From contig CANLMX010000007.1 in the NCBI GenBank assembly GCA_947492385.1, positions 4,877 through 68,876 on the forward strand: 64,000 nt of DNA. Direction: 5' to 3'. Positions 18,441 to 27,683 of this stretch are shown one piece after another. The translations under genes and the position numbers were made by a program. Under the pieces are notes generated by a model, which searched no databases, was not told the DNA's origin, and saw only the letters and a program-made list of their open reading frames with translations. Numbering within the stretch: position 1 is the first letter of the stretch; every line of letters starts with the position of its first letter. The stretch is from Planctomycetaceae bacterium. GTDB lineage: Bacteria > Planctomycetota > Phycisphaerae > Phycisphaerales > SM1A02.

Positions 18441-18473
18441 CGCACCGTTGCGCCGCGGGACCGCCCGCCCGCG

Positions 18474-19628
18474 TCAACGCCAGTCGAGGCCCTCGAAGAG
18501 CGACCCGAGGTTGCGGCAGCCGCCCTCCTCCACGACGACCATGTCCTCGATGCGGAGCCCGCCGTGGGCACGCCCGTACAGCCCGGGCTCGACCGTGACG
18601 GCATCGCCCACGACCAGCGCCGGCCCCTTGAAGTCCAGCAGCGGCGGTTCGTGCACGTCGAGCCCGATGCCGTGGCCCGTGCCGTGGGTCATGCCGCACC
18701 AGGTGTCCGGCGCATCGGCGGGCGGCATCCCGGCCGGGAACCCGTGTGCATGGATCACGCGCAGCGTCTCGCGGTGCACGTCCTCGCCGGTGACGCCGGC
18801 GCGCACCTTCGCGATCGCCGCGCGCTTGGCCTCGGCCACCGCGGCATGCATGCGCCGCACTTCCGGGTGAGGCTCGCCGTTCACCACCGTGCGCGTGCAG
18901 TCGCCGTTGTAGAGCGTCCTCATGCAGCGCGGGAAGATGTCGACGATGACCGGCTCGCCCGTCCGGAGGTCCCCGTGCCCGTGCTCGTGGCAGTCGGCGC
19001 CCTGCGCACCGCACGCGACGATCGACGGCGGGTTCTGGAACCCGAGCCTCAGGAGGTGCACGTCGATCATGAACCGGAGGCGCTCGGCGGTCAGGCGCTC
19101 CCCGTCGTGCACGAGCACGCCGTCACGGCCGGGAACGGCGCGCGCCACGGTCTCGCACGCCATGCGCATCGCGTCCTCGGTGGCGCGCTGGGCGGCGGCG
19201 AGCCACTCCACCTCCTGCGCGTCCTTGGTGCGGCGGCTCATCACGCCGAGCTGGGGGTCGTACTCGACGGCGATGCCGGCCCGGCGGACGTGCTCGGCGT
19301 AGATCAACGGCAGCGTCCGATCGGCCTCGACCCGGTCGATGCCCTGGCGGCGCAGGCACTCGGCCACCGCCTGCGCCGTCGCGGTCTCGCGGTCGCCGGA
19401 TAGTCCTCCGTGCGGCTCGAAGTCGCGCGGGCATGCCACGGCGTCCGCGCGCGCCTGCCGGCGGGCCCGGTCCATCTCGATGTCGCGGCAGATGAAGACC
19501 CGATGCGGTGCCTGGCCGTCGCGCAGGAAGTCGATGCACGCGGCCGGGTCACCCACGTTGAACCGGACGGCATGGAACAGGCTCTTGTTGGTGGCGGGAA
19601 TGCCGGCGATCAGTCGGGCGGTGGGCAT
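18474..19628 (-). CDS. M24-family Xaa-Pro aminopeptidase/dipeptidase
   Basis: In-frame ATG at 19628 (MPTARLIAGIPATNKSLF...). C-terminal metal-ligand motifs HGTGHGIGLDVHEPP and TVEPGLY...GGLRIEDMVVV. Confidence 0.8.
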   Translation of the reverse strand: MPTARLIAGIPATNKSLFHAVRFNVGDPAACIDFLRDGQAPHRVFICRDIEMDRARRQARADAVACPRDFEPHGGLSGDRETATAQAVAECLRRQGIDRVEADRTLPLIYAEHVRRAGIAVEYDPQLGVMSRRTKDAQEVEWLAAAQRATEDAMRMACETVARAVPGRDGVLVHDGERLTAERLRFMIDVHLLRLGFQNPPSIVACGAQGADCHEHGHGDLRTGEPVIVDIFPRCMRTLYNGDCTRTVVNGEPHPEVRRMHAAVAEAKRAAIAKVRAGVTGEDVHRETLRVIHAHGFPAGMPPADAPDTWCGMTHGTGHGIGLDVHEPPLLDFKGPALVVGDAVTVEPGLYGRAHGGLRIEDMVVVEEGGCRNLGSLFEGLDWR

Positions 19629-19694
19629 GGGAAGGAGGATAGGAATCCTCACGGCCCAGGCTGCCCGGGAGCGAGCCCCTCGGCGCATGAAGCA

Positions 19695-19735
19695 CACTCG
19701 CCCTCGGGAACGGTGGTTCCCAAGGGCGAGGAGTG
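19695..19735 (-). other. long imperfect hairpin (about 17 bp) between the ettA stop and the peptidase start
   Basis: CACTCGCCCTCGGGAAC-GGTG-GTTCCCAAGGGCGAGGAGTG, with one mismatch and one small bulge. Confidence 0.4.
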
Positions 19736-19887
19736 TGGCCGCGACGCACGCCTGCGCCGCGGGAGATGCCTGGATTGGCCCCCCAACACCGATGAAGACG
19801 CGAACCAGGCGTCTGGCCCATCACGCCACGGAGGAAATCGCGGCGAATTGCCCGATTCTCGGTCCTTGCCGGGCGGGCGCCGCGCGG

Positions 19888-21594
19888 TCAGCGCGTGAGC
19901 GCCCGGTACTGCAGCCGACGCGGCGGGGCGTCCGCCGGGATTCCCAGGCGCCGGCGGCGGTCCTCCTCGTAGCCCGAGTAGTTGCCGTTGAAGAAGTGGA
20001 CCTTGCTGTCGCCCTCGAAGGCCAGGATGTGCGTCGCGACGCGGTCGAGGAACCACCGGTCGTGGCTGATCACCACCGAGCAGCCGCCGAAGTTCTCCAT
20101 GCCCTCCTCGAGCGCGCGCATCGTGTTGACGTCGAGGTCGTTGGTCGGCTCGTCGAGGAGGATCACGTTGGCCCCCTGGCGCAGCATGCGCGCCAGGTGC
20201 ACGCGGTTGCGCTCGCCGCCCGAGAGGTTCCCGACGACCTTGGACTGGTCGGTACCCGTGAACCCGAATCGCGCCACGTAGGCGCGGCTGTTGACCTCGA
20301 CGCCGCCGAGCATGATCTTCTCGTCGCCGCCCGAGATCGCCTCCCACAGGTTCTTGTCGTTCGGCAGGGTCTCGCGGCTCTGCTCGACGTAGGCGAGCTT
20401 CACGCTCTCGCCGACGCGCAGCTCGCCGCCGTCCGGCCGCTCGGACCCCGTGATCATGCGGAAGAGCGTCGTCTTGCCCGCGCCGTTCGGGCCGATGATC
20501 CCCACGATCGCGCCTGCGGGGATGGAGAAGCTCACGTCGTCGAGGAGCAGCTTCTCGCCATACGACTTGGTGAGCCCCTTCGCCTCCACCACCAGCTGCC
20601 CGAGACGCGGGCCCGGCGGGATGAAGATCTCGACCTCGGCGGCCTTCTCCTTCTGGTTCTGGCTGACGAGCTGCTCGTACCGCTCGACGCGCGACTTGCT
20701 CTTTGCCATGCGGCCCTGCGGGCTCTTGTTGATCCACTCGAGCTCGCGCGCGAGCGCCTTCTGGCGGTTGGACTCCTGCTTCTCCTCGACGGCCAGGCGC
20801 GCCTTCTTCTGCTGGAGCCAGCCGGTGTAGTTGCCCTTGTAGGGGATCCCCTGCCCGCGATCGAGCTCGAGGATCCAGCCTGCCACGTTGTCGAGGAAGT
20901 AGCGGTCGTGCGTGACGGCGATGATGGTGCCCTCGAACCGCTGCAGGTGCTGCTCGAGCCATGCGACGCTCTCGGCATCGAGGTGGTTGGTCGGCTCGTC
21001 GAGGAGCAGCACGTCGGGCTTCGTGAGCAGCAGCCGGCACAGCGCCACGCGGCGCCGCTCGCCGCCCGAGAGCGTGTTCACCGGCTGGTCCGGCGGCGGG
21101 CAGCGGAGCGCCTCCATCGCCATCTCGAGCTGGCTGTCGATGGTCCATGCGTCGAGGCGGTCGAGCCGCTCCTGCACCTCGGCCTGCTTGTTGATCAGCT
21201 TGTCCATCTGCTCGGGGGTCAGGTCCTCCCCGAACTTGGCGTTGATCTCGTCGTACTCCTTCAGGAGCGCGAAGGTCGCCTTGGCGCCGTCGCGCACGAC
21301 CTCGATCACGGTGCGGGTGTCGTCGATCAGCGGCTCCTGCTCCAGGTAACCGATCGAATAGCCGCCCGCAGCGGTGATCTTCCCCTCGTAGGCCTTGTCG
21401 ACCCCCGCGATGATCCGCAGGAGCGTGCTCTTGCCGCTTCCGTTGAGCCCCAGCACGCCGATCTTCGCACCGTAGTAGTACGAGATCGAGACGTTGTCGA
21501 GGATCTTCCTCCGGTCGATCTCCTTGGTGACGCCCATCATCGAGTAGATGATCTGCGTCTCGTTCTTCGGTCCGGACTTCGAGGGTGCTGCCAT
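19888..21594 (-). CDS. ettA: ABC-F ATPase, energy-dependent translational throttle protein EttA
   Basis: In-frame ATG at 21594. The N-terminus IIYSMMGVTKEIDRRKILDNVSISYYYGAKIGVLGLNGSGKSTLLRIIAG closely follows the EttA consensus. Two ABC cassettes (LSGGERRRVAL, LSGGERNRVHL), no TM domain. Confidence 0.85.
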   Translation of the reverse strand: MAAPSKSGPKNETQIIYSMMGVTKEIDRRKILDNVSISYYYGAKIGVLGLNGSGKSTLLRIIAGVDKAYEGKITAAGGYSIGYLEQEPLIDDTRTVIEVVRDGAKATFALLKEYDEINAKFGEDLTPEQMDKLINKQAEVQERLDRLDAWTIDSQLEMAMEALRCPPPDQPVNTLSGGERRRVALCRLLLTKPDVLLLDEPTNHLDAESVAWLEQHLQRFEGTIIAVTHDRYFLDNVAGWILELDRGQGIPYKGNYTGWLQQKKARLAVEEKQESNRQKALARELEWINKSPQGRMAKSKSRVERYEQLVSQNQKEKAAEVEIFIPPGPRLGQLVVEAKGLTKSYGEKLLLDDVSFSIPAGAIVGIIGPNGAGKTTLFRMITGSERPDGGELRVGESVKLAYVEQSRETLPNDKNLWEAISGGDEKIMLGGVEVNSRAYVARFGFTGTDQSKVVGNLSGGERNRVHLARMLRQGANVILLDEPTNDLDVNTMRALEEGMENFGGCSVVISHDRWFLDRVATHILAFEGDSKVHFFNGNYSGYEEDRRRRLGIPADAPPRRLQYRALTR

Positions 21595-21659
21595 GGCGTG
21601 TTCGTCGTGGTTCGGTGCGGAAGGCGCGCGGCGCCGGGCAGGCCATCGTATCCCGCCGC

Positions 21660-22148
21660 GTGCGTATCCTCGCCATCGTGCGCGACTTCCTCGCATGGGT
21701 CAGGGCGAACACGAGCCTCCGGGTGCGGAGGTTCGTCATCGGCGCGGTCGGCGGGAGCATGACCCTCGCAGGGATCCTGCTCCTGGTGCTGCCCGGGCCG
21801 GGCATCCCGCTGCTGCTGGCGGGCCTGGGCGTACTGAGCCTCGAATTCGCCATCGCCCGCACGTGGATCGTCGCGGTGCGGCAGCGGGCCGAGCGTGCAG
21901 GCGTCCCGCGATCGGCGCTGTGGGTGCTGCCCGTCGCGGGCGTCGCGCTCTCGGTGGCCGCCGGGCTCGCACCGGGATTCGTGAGCATCGTGGTCGACGA
22001 CGGAAACGCATGGCACGTCGTGCGCAAGCCGGCGTTTGGATTCGACTACGCGTACGTGCGGCTTGATGCGCTGCGCACCGCAGCGGACGACGATCCCTTC
22101 GCCCGATCGATCCTCGATCGGGCCGGACTCCTCGGCGACCCCCGCTGA
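21660..22148 (+). CDS. PGPGW-motif small membrane protein
   Basis: LLLVLPGPGIPLLLAGLGVLSLEF matches the PGPGW transmembrane family signature. The start is uncertain: GTG at 21660 is chosen because the ORF-track start at 21585 would overlap the divergent ettA start. Confidence 0.5.
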   Translation: MRILAIVRDFLAWVRANTSLRVRRFVIGAVGGSMTLAGILLLVLPGPGIPLLLAGLGVLSLEFAIARTWIVAVRQRAERAGVPRSALWVLPVAGVALSVAAGLAPGFVSIVVDDGNAWHVVRKPAFGFDYAYVRLDALRTAADDDPFARSILDRAGLLGDPR

Positions 22149-22155
22149 GGGCGGT

Positions 22156-24174
22156 TCAGCGCGTGCCGAGCAGGTGCCGCTTCAGGAACTCGCGGCGCTT
22201 CATCGAGCCGAACGGGGTCTCCGCCGCGCCGTGGCCGGCGCCGGGGATCACCACAAGCTCATGGTCCTTCCCCCCCCGCACCAGCGCGGCCGAGACCTGC
22301 AGCGTGCTTGCGGGATCCACGTTGTCGTCGAGCTCGCCGACGACGAGCATCAGCGTGCCGCGAAGCATCGGGGCATCCACCACGTTCGAGCACCGCTCGT
22401 AGCTCTCGTCGACGGGCCAGCCCATCCAGAGCTCGTTCCACCAGATCTTGTCCATGCGGTTGTCGTGGCACCCGCAGTCCGCGACGGCCACGGAATAGAC
22501 GTCCGGATGGTCCAGCAGCGCCCGCATGGCACTCTGCCCCCCGGCGCTTCCGCCGTAGATGCCGACGCGCGAGAGGTCCATCCATGGACGCGTGGCGGCG
22601 GCGGCCCGGAGCCACGAGACGTGGTCCGGCAGGCCCGAGTCGCGCAGGTTCTTCCAGCAGACGTCGTGGAACCGCTTGCCGCGCCAGTTGGTGCCCATGC
22701 CGTCGACCTGCACCACCACGAATCCCTCGCGCGTGAGCTCGCGCACGCGTGGCCACGCCGACCATTGCTTCGGCACGAAGAAGTCCTGCGGACCCGCATA
22801 GACCTGCTCGACCACGGCGCGCGGCGTCAGGTCGCCTGCGGTGCCGCACGGCCGCCACACGACGCCCCAGACGTCGGTTGCGCCATCGCGCCCCTTCGCG
22901 ACCACCCGTTCGGGCACGGTCCATCCCGCGGCGACCAGCGCGGACGCGTCCGCACGCCCGAGCTCGCGCACGAGCCCACCGTCCGACGCGCGGCGGAGTT
23001 CGTGCACGGGCGGGTGGTCGACGCGCGACCACGTATCGACGTAGTGCGCCCCGTCGGGCGACCACTCGAGCCGGTGAGTGCCATCGCCGACCGTCAGCCG
23101 GACGGGCTCGCCACCGTCGATCGGCACGCGCACGACGTGCCGGTGGTACGGGTCCTGCGCCGGGTCGATCCCCATCACGCACAGCCGCAGCATGCGAGCG
23201 CCCGCATCGATGTGCTCCACCTCGCGCACCATCCATGGACCGCTCGTCACCGCGAAGATCTCGCCGGTCGACGCATCGACGCGCAGCACGTGGTTCCACC
23301 CGTCGCGCTCGCTCATCCAGAGGAGCTCTCGCTCGGACAGCCAGTGCATCCAGCCCTTGTGGGCGTAGTCGACGAACGTGGGGGACTCCTCCGCGACGAC
23401 GCTCCGCACCGAGCCGGTCGCCGCGTCGACCGCGCACATCCGGAGCACCTGGTGGCCGCGCTGGTTGTAACGGAAGTAGAACGTGCGGCCATCCTCGGAC
23501 CAGCGGCATTCGTCGATGGACCATGGGTTGGCGAAGAGCGACCGGTCCAGCACGCGCTCCGTGCCGTCGGCGGCGAACAGCCGGGGCCATCGCTGCTCGA
23601 TCCGGTCGCCCGGCTTCAGGTAATCGATCGTGCGCACCTTCGGCTGCAGTTGGTCGCGCGGCGCGCTCTCCACGAGCGTCACTTGCCGGCGGTCGCCGGG
23701 GATCACCTCCCACGCCACGACATGCGCGCGGTCAGGCGACCACATCCACGGACCGGCGAGGGCGCGGGCGACCTCGGGGAGGGGCGGTTCCGGCACGTGC
23801 GTTGCGGGCGGCGCCCCTGATCCCTCGCCAGCGTCCGCGGGGCCTGCTGCTTCAGCTGCCTGGGCGCCCTCGGGCCCCGCCTCGCCCGGGACTCGGACCG
23901 CGCCGGTGGCGGCGTCGACCTCGACCACCGCATGCCCCGTACCCCTCGGGTGAAGCCGGAGCGTCCGCGCGTCGATCCACTCCACGCGGGCCGCGGGATC
24001 GCGCACCAACGCGTCCCAGTCGCGGGCATCACCGGGCCCGCCGCCGGCGCTCGAAGACGCGTGCATCACGAGCGCGGCGACGACCGCCGCAAGGCAAGGA
24101 ACGGTGCGATGCACGGGAAGGAGCCTCCGGGCGAAATGTACCCTCCCTGCCGTGAAATCCGCCGCTTCGTTCAT
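22156..24174 (-). CDS. S9-family serine peptidase (dipeptidyl-peptidase IV-like beta-propeller plus alpha/beta hydrolase)
   Basis: In-frame ATG at 24174 gives a signal-like N-terminus (RRLLPVHRTVPCLAAVVAALVMHASS). Catalytic nucleophile motif GIYGGSAGGQSAM. The DPP-IV-like N-terminal region is followed by a C-terminal GAGHG. Confidence 0.8.
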   Translation of the reverse strand: MNEAADFTAGRVHFARRLLPVHRTVPCLAAVVAALVMHASSSAGGGPGDARDWDALVRDPAARVEWIDARTLRLHPRGTGHAVVEVDAATGAVRVPGEAGPEGAQAAEAAGPADAGEGSGAPPATHVPEPPLPEVARALAGPWMWSPDRAHVVAWEVIPGDRRQVTLVESAPRDQLQPKVRTIDYLKPGDRIEQRWPRLFAADGTERVLDRSLFANPWSIDECRWSEDGRTFYFRYNQRGHQVLRMCAVDAATGSVRSVVAEESPTFVDYAHKGWMHWLSERELLWMSERDGWNHVLRVDASTGEIFAVTSGPWMVREVEHIDAGARMLRLCVMGIDPAQDPYHRHVVRVPIDGGEPVRLTVGDGTHRLEWSPDGAHYVDTWSRVDHPPVHELRRASDGGLVRELGRADASALVAAGWTVPERVVAKGRDGATDVWGVVWRPCGTAGDLTPRAVVEQVYAGPQDFFVPKQWSAWPRVRELTREGFVVVQVDGMGTNWRGKRFHDVCWKNLRDSGLPDHVSWLRAAAATRPWMDLSRVGIYGGSAGGQSAMRALLDHPDVYSVAVADCGCHDNRMDKIWWNELWMGWPVDESYERCSNVVDAPMLRGTLMLVVGELDDNVDPASTLQVSAALVRGGKDHELVVIPGAGHGAAETPFGSMKRREFLKRHLLGTR

Positions 24175-25126
24175 GATCGTCGCCACGCTCGCTCTCGGAG
24201 CCTGCGCCTCCCGGCCCGACACGGCCCACGAGAAGGATGCACTGCGCCGGGAAACGGTGCTCGGGGTCCAGCTCATGGAGGTCGCCGACCTCGGCCATGG
24301 GATCATCCGCGATGTCTACGCGCACGCGGTCGTGGACAGGAAGCTCACCTCGATACAGGTCGCCGCGGTGTCGCGAATCATGGCGGGCGTCGGAACCACC
24401 ATGCGATCGATGGCGATCGCCCCGAGCCCAAGCGATGGGCTCGTCCAAATGTACATCTGGTGCCGTGTCGGACGATTTGCCTCGTGCAATCGCACGCGCG
24501 TGGCGCCCGACTTCATGCCGGACCTCAGCGACGTGCTCTACGGTCGGATCCAGTCGGCTGTCCAACCGATCGCGGAGCAGCACCTCACGGCGCAGCAACT
24601 CGCCGCGCTCGACCGGATGATCGATCAATTCGAACGCGCGAATCCGGACCTGCTGTCGGTGAGCCTCATGCGGCTCGACGACATCGCGCAGTCGCGCGAT
24701 GCAGCCGATCTCGTCCTGCCGGACACGCCGCCCGACATGCTCAGCCCCGTGACGGACGCGGCGCGCCAGCTCGAACTGGCACGGTTGCTCGGCACGCAAG
24801 CGCTGTGGCTGCTTGCCCGGACGCCCGACGCCATCGCGACGGAACTCGATGGGACCACGCGGATGCTGCTCGAAACCGAGTCCGTGCGCCGAATCGTCGA
24901 ACGGGTCGACTCCGTCGAGCACGCTCTCGGAGGCGCAGGCACCCGGCTCGATTCGGTCGCGACGAGCCAGCATCGGATCAGCGATGAACTGCGATCGCTC
25001 TCTGAAGCGGTCGACGGCATCGGCCGCCGAGCGGAGCGCATGGTGGTCATTTCCGCGATCGCGGCCGCGGCCGCGGCGACGGTTGCCGTGGCATGGGTCG
25101 TGCGCGGGCGCCGGAACGTCCAATAA
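24152..25126 (+). CDS. hypothetical lipoprotein with a C-terminal TM helix
   Basis: GTG at 24152 gives VKSAASFMIVATLALGAC (lipobox-like LGAC); the alternative is ATG at 24173. The C-terminus is MVVISAIAAAAAATVAVAWVVRGRR. No recognisable catalytic motif. Confidence 0.45.
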   Translation: MKSAASFMIVATLALGACASRPDTAHEKDALRRETVLGVQLMEVADLGHGIIRDVYAHAVVDRKLTSIQVAAVSRIMAGVGTTMRSMAIAPSPSDGLVQMYIWCRVGRFASCNRTRVAPDFMPDLSDVLYGRIQSAVQPIAEQHLTAQQLAALDRMIDQFERANPDLLSVSLMRLDDIAQSRDAADLVLPDTPPDMLSPVTDAARQLELARLLGTQALWLLARTPDAIATELDGTTRMLLETESVRRIVERVDSVEHALGGAGTRLDSVATSQHRISDELRSLSEAVDGIGRRAERMVVISAIAAAAAATVAVAWVVRGRRNVQ

Positions 25127-25210
25127 TCACTCAACTGGCCCCGTTTGGGGAACGCTGGGAACAGTCCGGAAATACCATCCGAACACACTGGGCGATTCGT
25201 CCGTCTTGAG

Positions 25211-25248
25211 AGTCGACTCCGCGTGGTCACGGGTTAAGGTGATCACGC
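25211..25248. promoter_or_regulatory. cluster of three 8-bp (near-)palindromes / 10-bp inverted repeat upstream of the dockerin protease gene
   Basis: AGTCGACT (25211-25218), GTGGTCAC (25223-25230) and GTGATCAC (25239-25246). GCGTGGTCAC/GTGATCACGC can also pair as a 10-bp stem around the loop GGGTTAAG. About 83 nt upstream of ATG 25331. Confidence 0.3.
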
Positions 25249-25330
25249 AATCCACCACATCCCGGGGGCGGACCGGACGCGACGCCGGGACGTTGCGAGG
25301 CATCGGACCATCGAACGAGGACACCCCCAC

Positions 25331-27655
25331 ATGAAGACGAAGACCATCCTGCGTGCCACGACGTGCACGTTCGCCGCCGCGTTCGCGATCTCGGGTGGCG
25401 TCCACGCCGACGGCTCGGGCGGATTCGGAGGCGGCAAGGTCGGCATCATGGAAGCCAGTGGCCACGCGCTGCGAGGCCCGGCGTGGGCCGCACCGGCATC
25501 GCTCCCGACGCTCGGCGCGGAACTCGGCGTGGACATCATCCCGGCACCCGAGTTCGGGATGCCGAACCAGGACAACGAGTTCTTCCTCGCCGAGGACGAC
25601 CTCGAGGTGCGCATCGGCGGCCGCAAGCCGCTGCGCTTCGCCGTGCCGATCGCGGCGCACCTGACGGTCGATGACGGCCAGTGGCTCGACGTCCCCGGCG
25701 GCCGGCTGTGGCGCACCGAGATCGTCTCGCACAACGCGCACACCGCGCGCCTGTTCCTGACCGGGATCAACCTCCCGGCAGGGCAGCAGATGCGCCTCTC
25801 GAGCCCGGGCTGGCCCGACTCGGTGGTGGGCCCGATCGAGGGCATCGGCGAGTTCGGCGACGGCACGGCCTGGGCGATGTCGACGCCGACGCCGCGCATC
25901 CTGGTCGAGTGGTTCGTGCCCGCCGGGCAGAAGGCGTCGGCCCTGCCCTTCACCGGAGTCGACTACTACCACGGCTACCGGGACATCTGGTCTGCTGTGC
26001 GCGTGACCGAGGGCGGCGTGGCCGTGGGCACCTGCCACCTCGACCCGATCTGCTTCCCCGACTGGTCCAACGAGTCCAACGGCACCGTGCGCCTCATCTT
26101 CACGGGCTCGCTCTGCTCCGGGCAGCTCACGGCCACCACGGCCGCCGACGAGACGCCCTACGTCTCCACCGCGAACCACTGCATCGCGACGCAGTCGATC
26201 GCCAACAGCTGCCAGTTCAACTTCTTCTATCGCCGCAACACCTGCGCCGCCTCGGCCTCCGCGGCCGCCGGAAGCAACGTGACGGGCGGCGACCTGGTCC
26301 GCACCTACGCCGGCAGCGATTGCACCCTGCTGATGGTGCGCCCCACCCTGCCCGCCAACGTCTTCTGGGTGGGCTGGACCAGCGCGTCGATCCCGACGAA
26401 CACCGCGTCGGTCGGCGTGCACCACCCCGATGGCAGCTACCAGCGGATCTCGTTCGGCACGAAGAACGCCAACTCCTTCAACTGCGGCAGCCCCACCAGC
26501 AACTGGTCGTCGCTCTCGTGGAATTCGGCGACGCAGTACGGCGTCACCACCACCGGCGTGACCGAAGGCGGCTCGTCGGGCAGCGCGATCTACCGCGCGA
26601 GCGACAAGAAGATGTACGGCGTGCTCACGTGCGGCGGCAGCTTCTGCGCCACTCCGCAGGCCGACGACGGCTATGGCCGCTGGGACACCGCGGTCAACCT
26701 GTCGAGCACCGGGTTCGCGAGCTCGATGGCCGCGGGTGCAGACGACGCGCTCGAGGACAACGATACGTGCGCTACGGCGCGCGCGGTGGCGCCGGGCACC
26801 TACTCGTCCCTCGTCGTGAAGCGCCTTGACGAAGACTGGTACGTGCTCCAGGTTCCGAACGGCGGGCAGCTGAGCGTCAACATGACGTTCACTCACGCCA
26901 ACGGCAACATCAACGCATCGATCCAGTCGGCGTGCGGTGGCCCCGTGCTCGTGAACCGCACAGGCACCACGAACAACGAGGTCTTCACGTACACGAACGC
27001 ATCGGGTTCGGACACGCTGCTCATGCGCGTGTACCTGGCGGCCGACACGCGCAACGAGTACTCGTTCACCTACAGCGTCTCGACCCCGGCCCCGGCGAAC
27101 GACAACTGCTCGGGCGCGACCGCGGTGGGCGCTGGAACGTTCTCGTTCAACACGGTGGGCGCCACCAACTCGACGCCCGCGATCCCCTCGAGCTGCAACG
27201 CCGCGGCCACCACGACGATCAACAAGGACGTCTGGTTCCGCTTCACCGCCCCCTGCACCGGCACCGCCACCGCGGCCACGTGCGGCACGGCGTTCGACAC
27301 CAACATCGCGGTCTACGCCGGCACCACGTGCCCGACGGGGACGGCGGTGGTGGCCTGCAACGACAACGGATGCGGCACGGCGAGCAGCGCAACGTGGGAC
27401 GTCACCGCGGGAAGCACGTGGTACGTGCGGGTCGGCGCGCCCGGCACCGAAAGCGGCGCCGGTTCGCTCGTCCTGTCGTGCGCGCTCCCGCCCTGCGATG
27501 GCGACATCAACGGCGACGGCAACGTCGACGGACTTGACCTCGGCGGCATGCTGAGCCAGTGGGGCGCCAACGGAAGCGCGGACCTGAACGGCGACCTGAA
27601 CGTCGACGGACTTGACCTCGGCGTGCTGCTCGCCAACTGGGGTGCGTGCAACTGA
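25331..27655 (+). CDS. secreted trypsin-fold (S1) serine endopeptidase with two beta-sandwich (pre-peptidase C-terminal-like) modules and a C-terminal dockerin-like tail ending WGAC
   Basis: Signal peptide MKTKTILRATTCTFAAAFAISGGVHA. Catalytic His (VSTANHC) and Ser (TEGGSSGSAIY). PPC-like module EDNDTCATARAVAPGTYSSLVVKRLDEDWYVLQV. Second module NDNCSGA...DVWFRF...CNDNGC. Tail PPCDGDINGDGNVDGLDLGGMLSQWG...NGDLNVDGLDLGVLLANWGACN. Confidence 0.8.
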   Translation: MKTKTILRATTCTFAAAFAISGGVHADGSGGFGGGKVGIMEASGHALRGPAWAAPASLPTLGAELGVDIIPAPEFGMPNQDNEFFLAEDDLEVRIGGRKPLRFAVPIAAHLTVDDGQWLDVPGGRLWRTEIVSHNAHTARLFLTGINLPAGQQMRLSSPGWPDSVVGPIEGIGEFGDGTAWAMSTPTPRILVEWFVPAGQKASALPFTGVDYYHGYRDIWSAVRVTEGGVAVGTCHLDPICFPDWSNESNGTVRLIFTGSLCSGQLTATTAADETPYVSTANHCIATQSIANSCQFNFFYRRNTCAASASAAAGSNVTGGDLVRTYAGSDCTLLMVRPTLPANVFWVGWTSASIPTNTASVGVHHPDGSYQRISFGTKNANSFNCGSPTSNWSSLSWNSATQYGVTTTGVTEGGSSGSAIYRASDKKMYGVLTCGGSFCATPQADDGYGRWDTAVNLSSTGFASSMAAGADDALEDNDTCATARAVAPGTYSSLVVKRLDEDWYVLQVPNGGQLSVNMTFTHANGNINASIQSACGGPVLVNRTGTTNNEVFTYTNASGSDTLLMRVYLAADTRNEYSFTYSVSTPAPANDNCSGATAVGAGTFSFNTVGATNSTPAIPSSCNAAATTTINKDVWFRFTAPCTGTATAATCGTAFDTNIAVYAGTTCPTGTAVVACNDNGCGTASSATWDVTAGSTWYVRVGAPGTESGAGSLVLSCALPPCDGDINGDGNVDGLDLGGMLSQWGANGSADLNGDLNVDGLDLGVLLANWGACN

Positions 27656-27683
27656 CGCATCCCCGCCCGTACGCATGAATTCC

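Noticed and set aside
19730-19740. An 11-mer GGAGTGTGGCC shared between the ettA-downstream hairpin (19730-19740) and the sRNA terminator (33048-33058).
   Set aside because: Hundreds of 11-mer coincidences are expected among all position pairs in a 64-kb window, and more with biased composition. The flanking sequence is unrelated.
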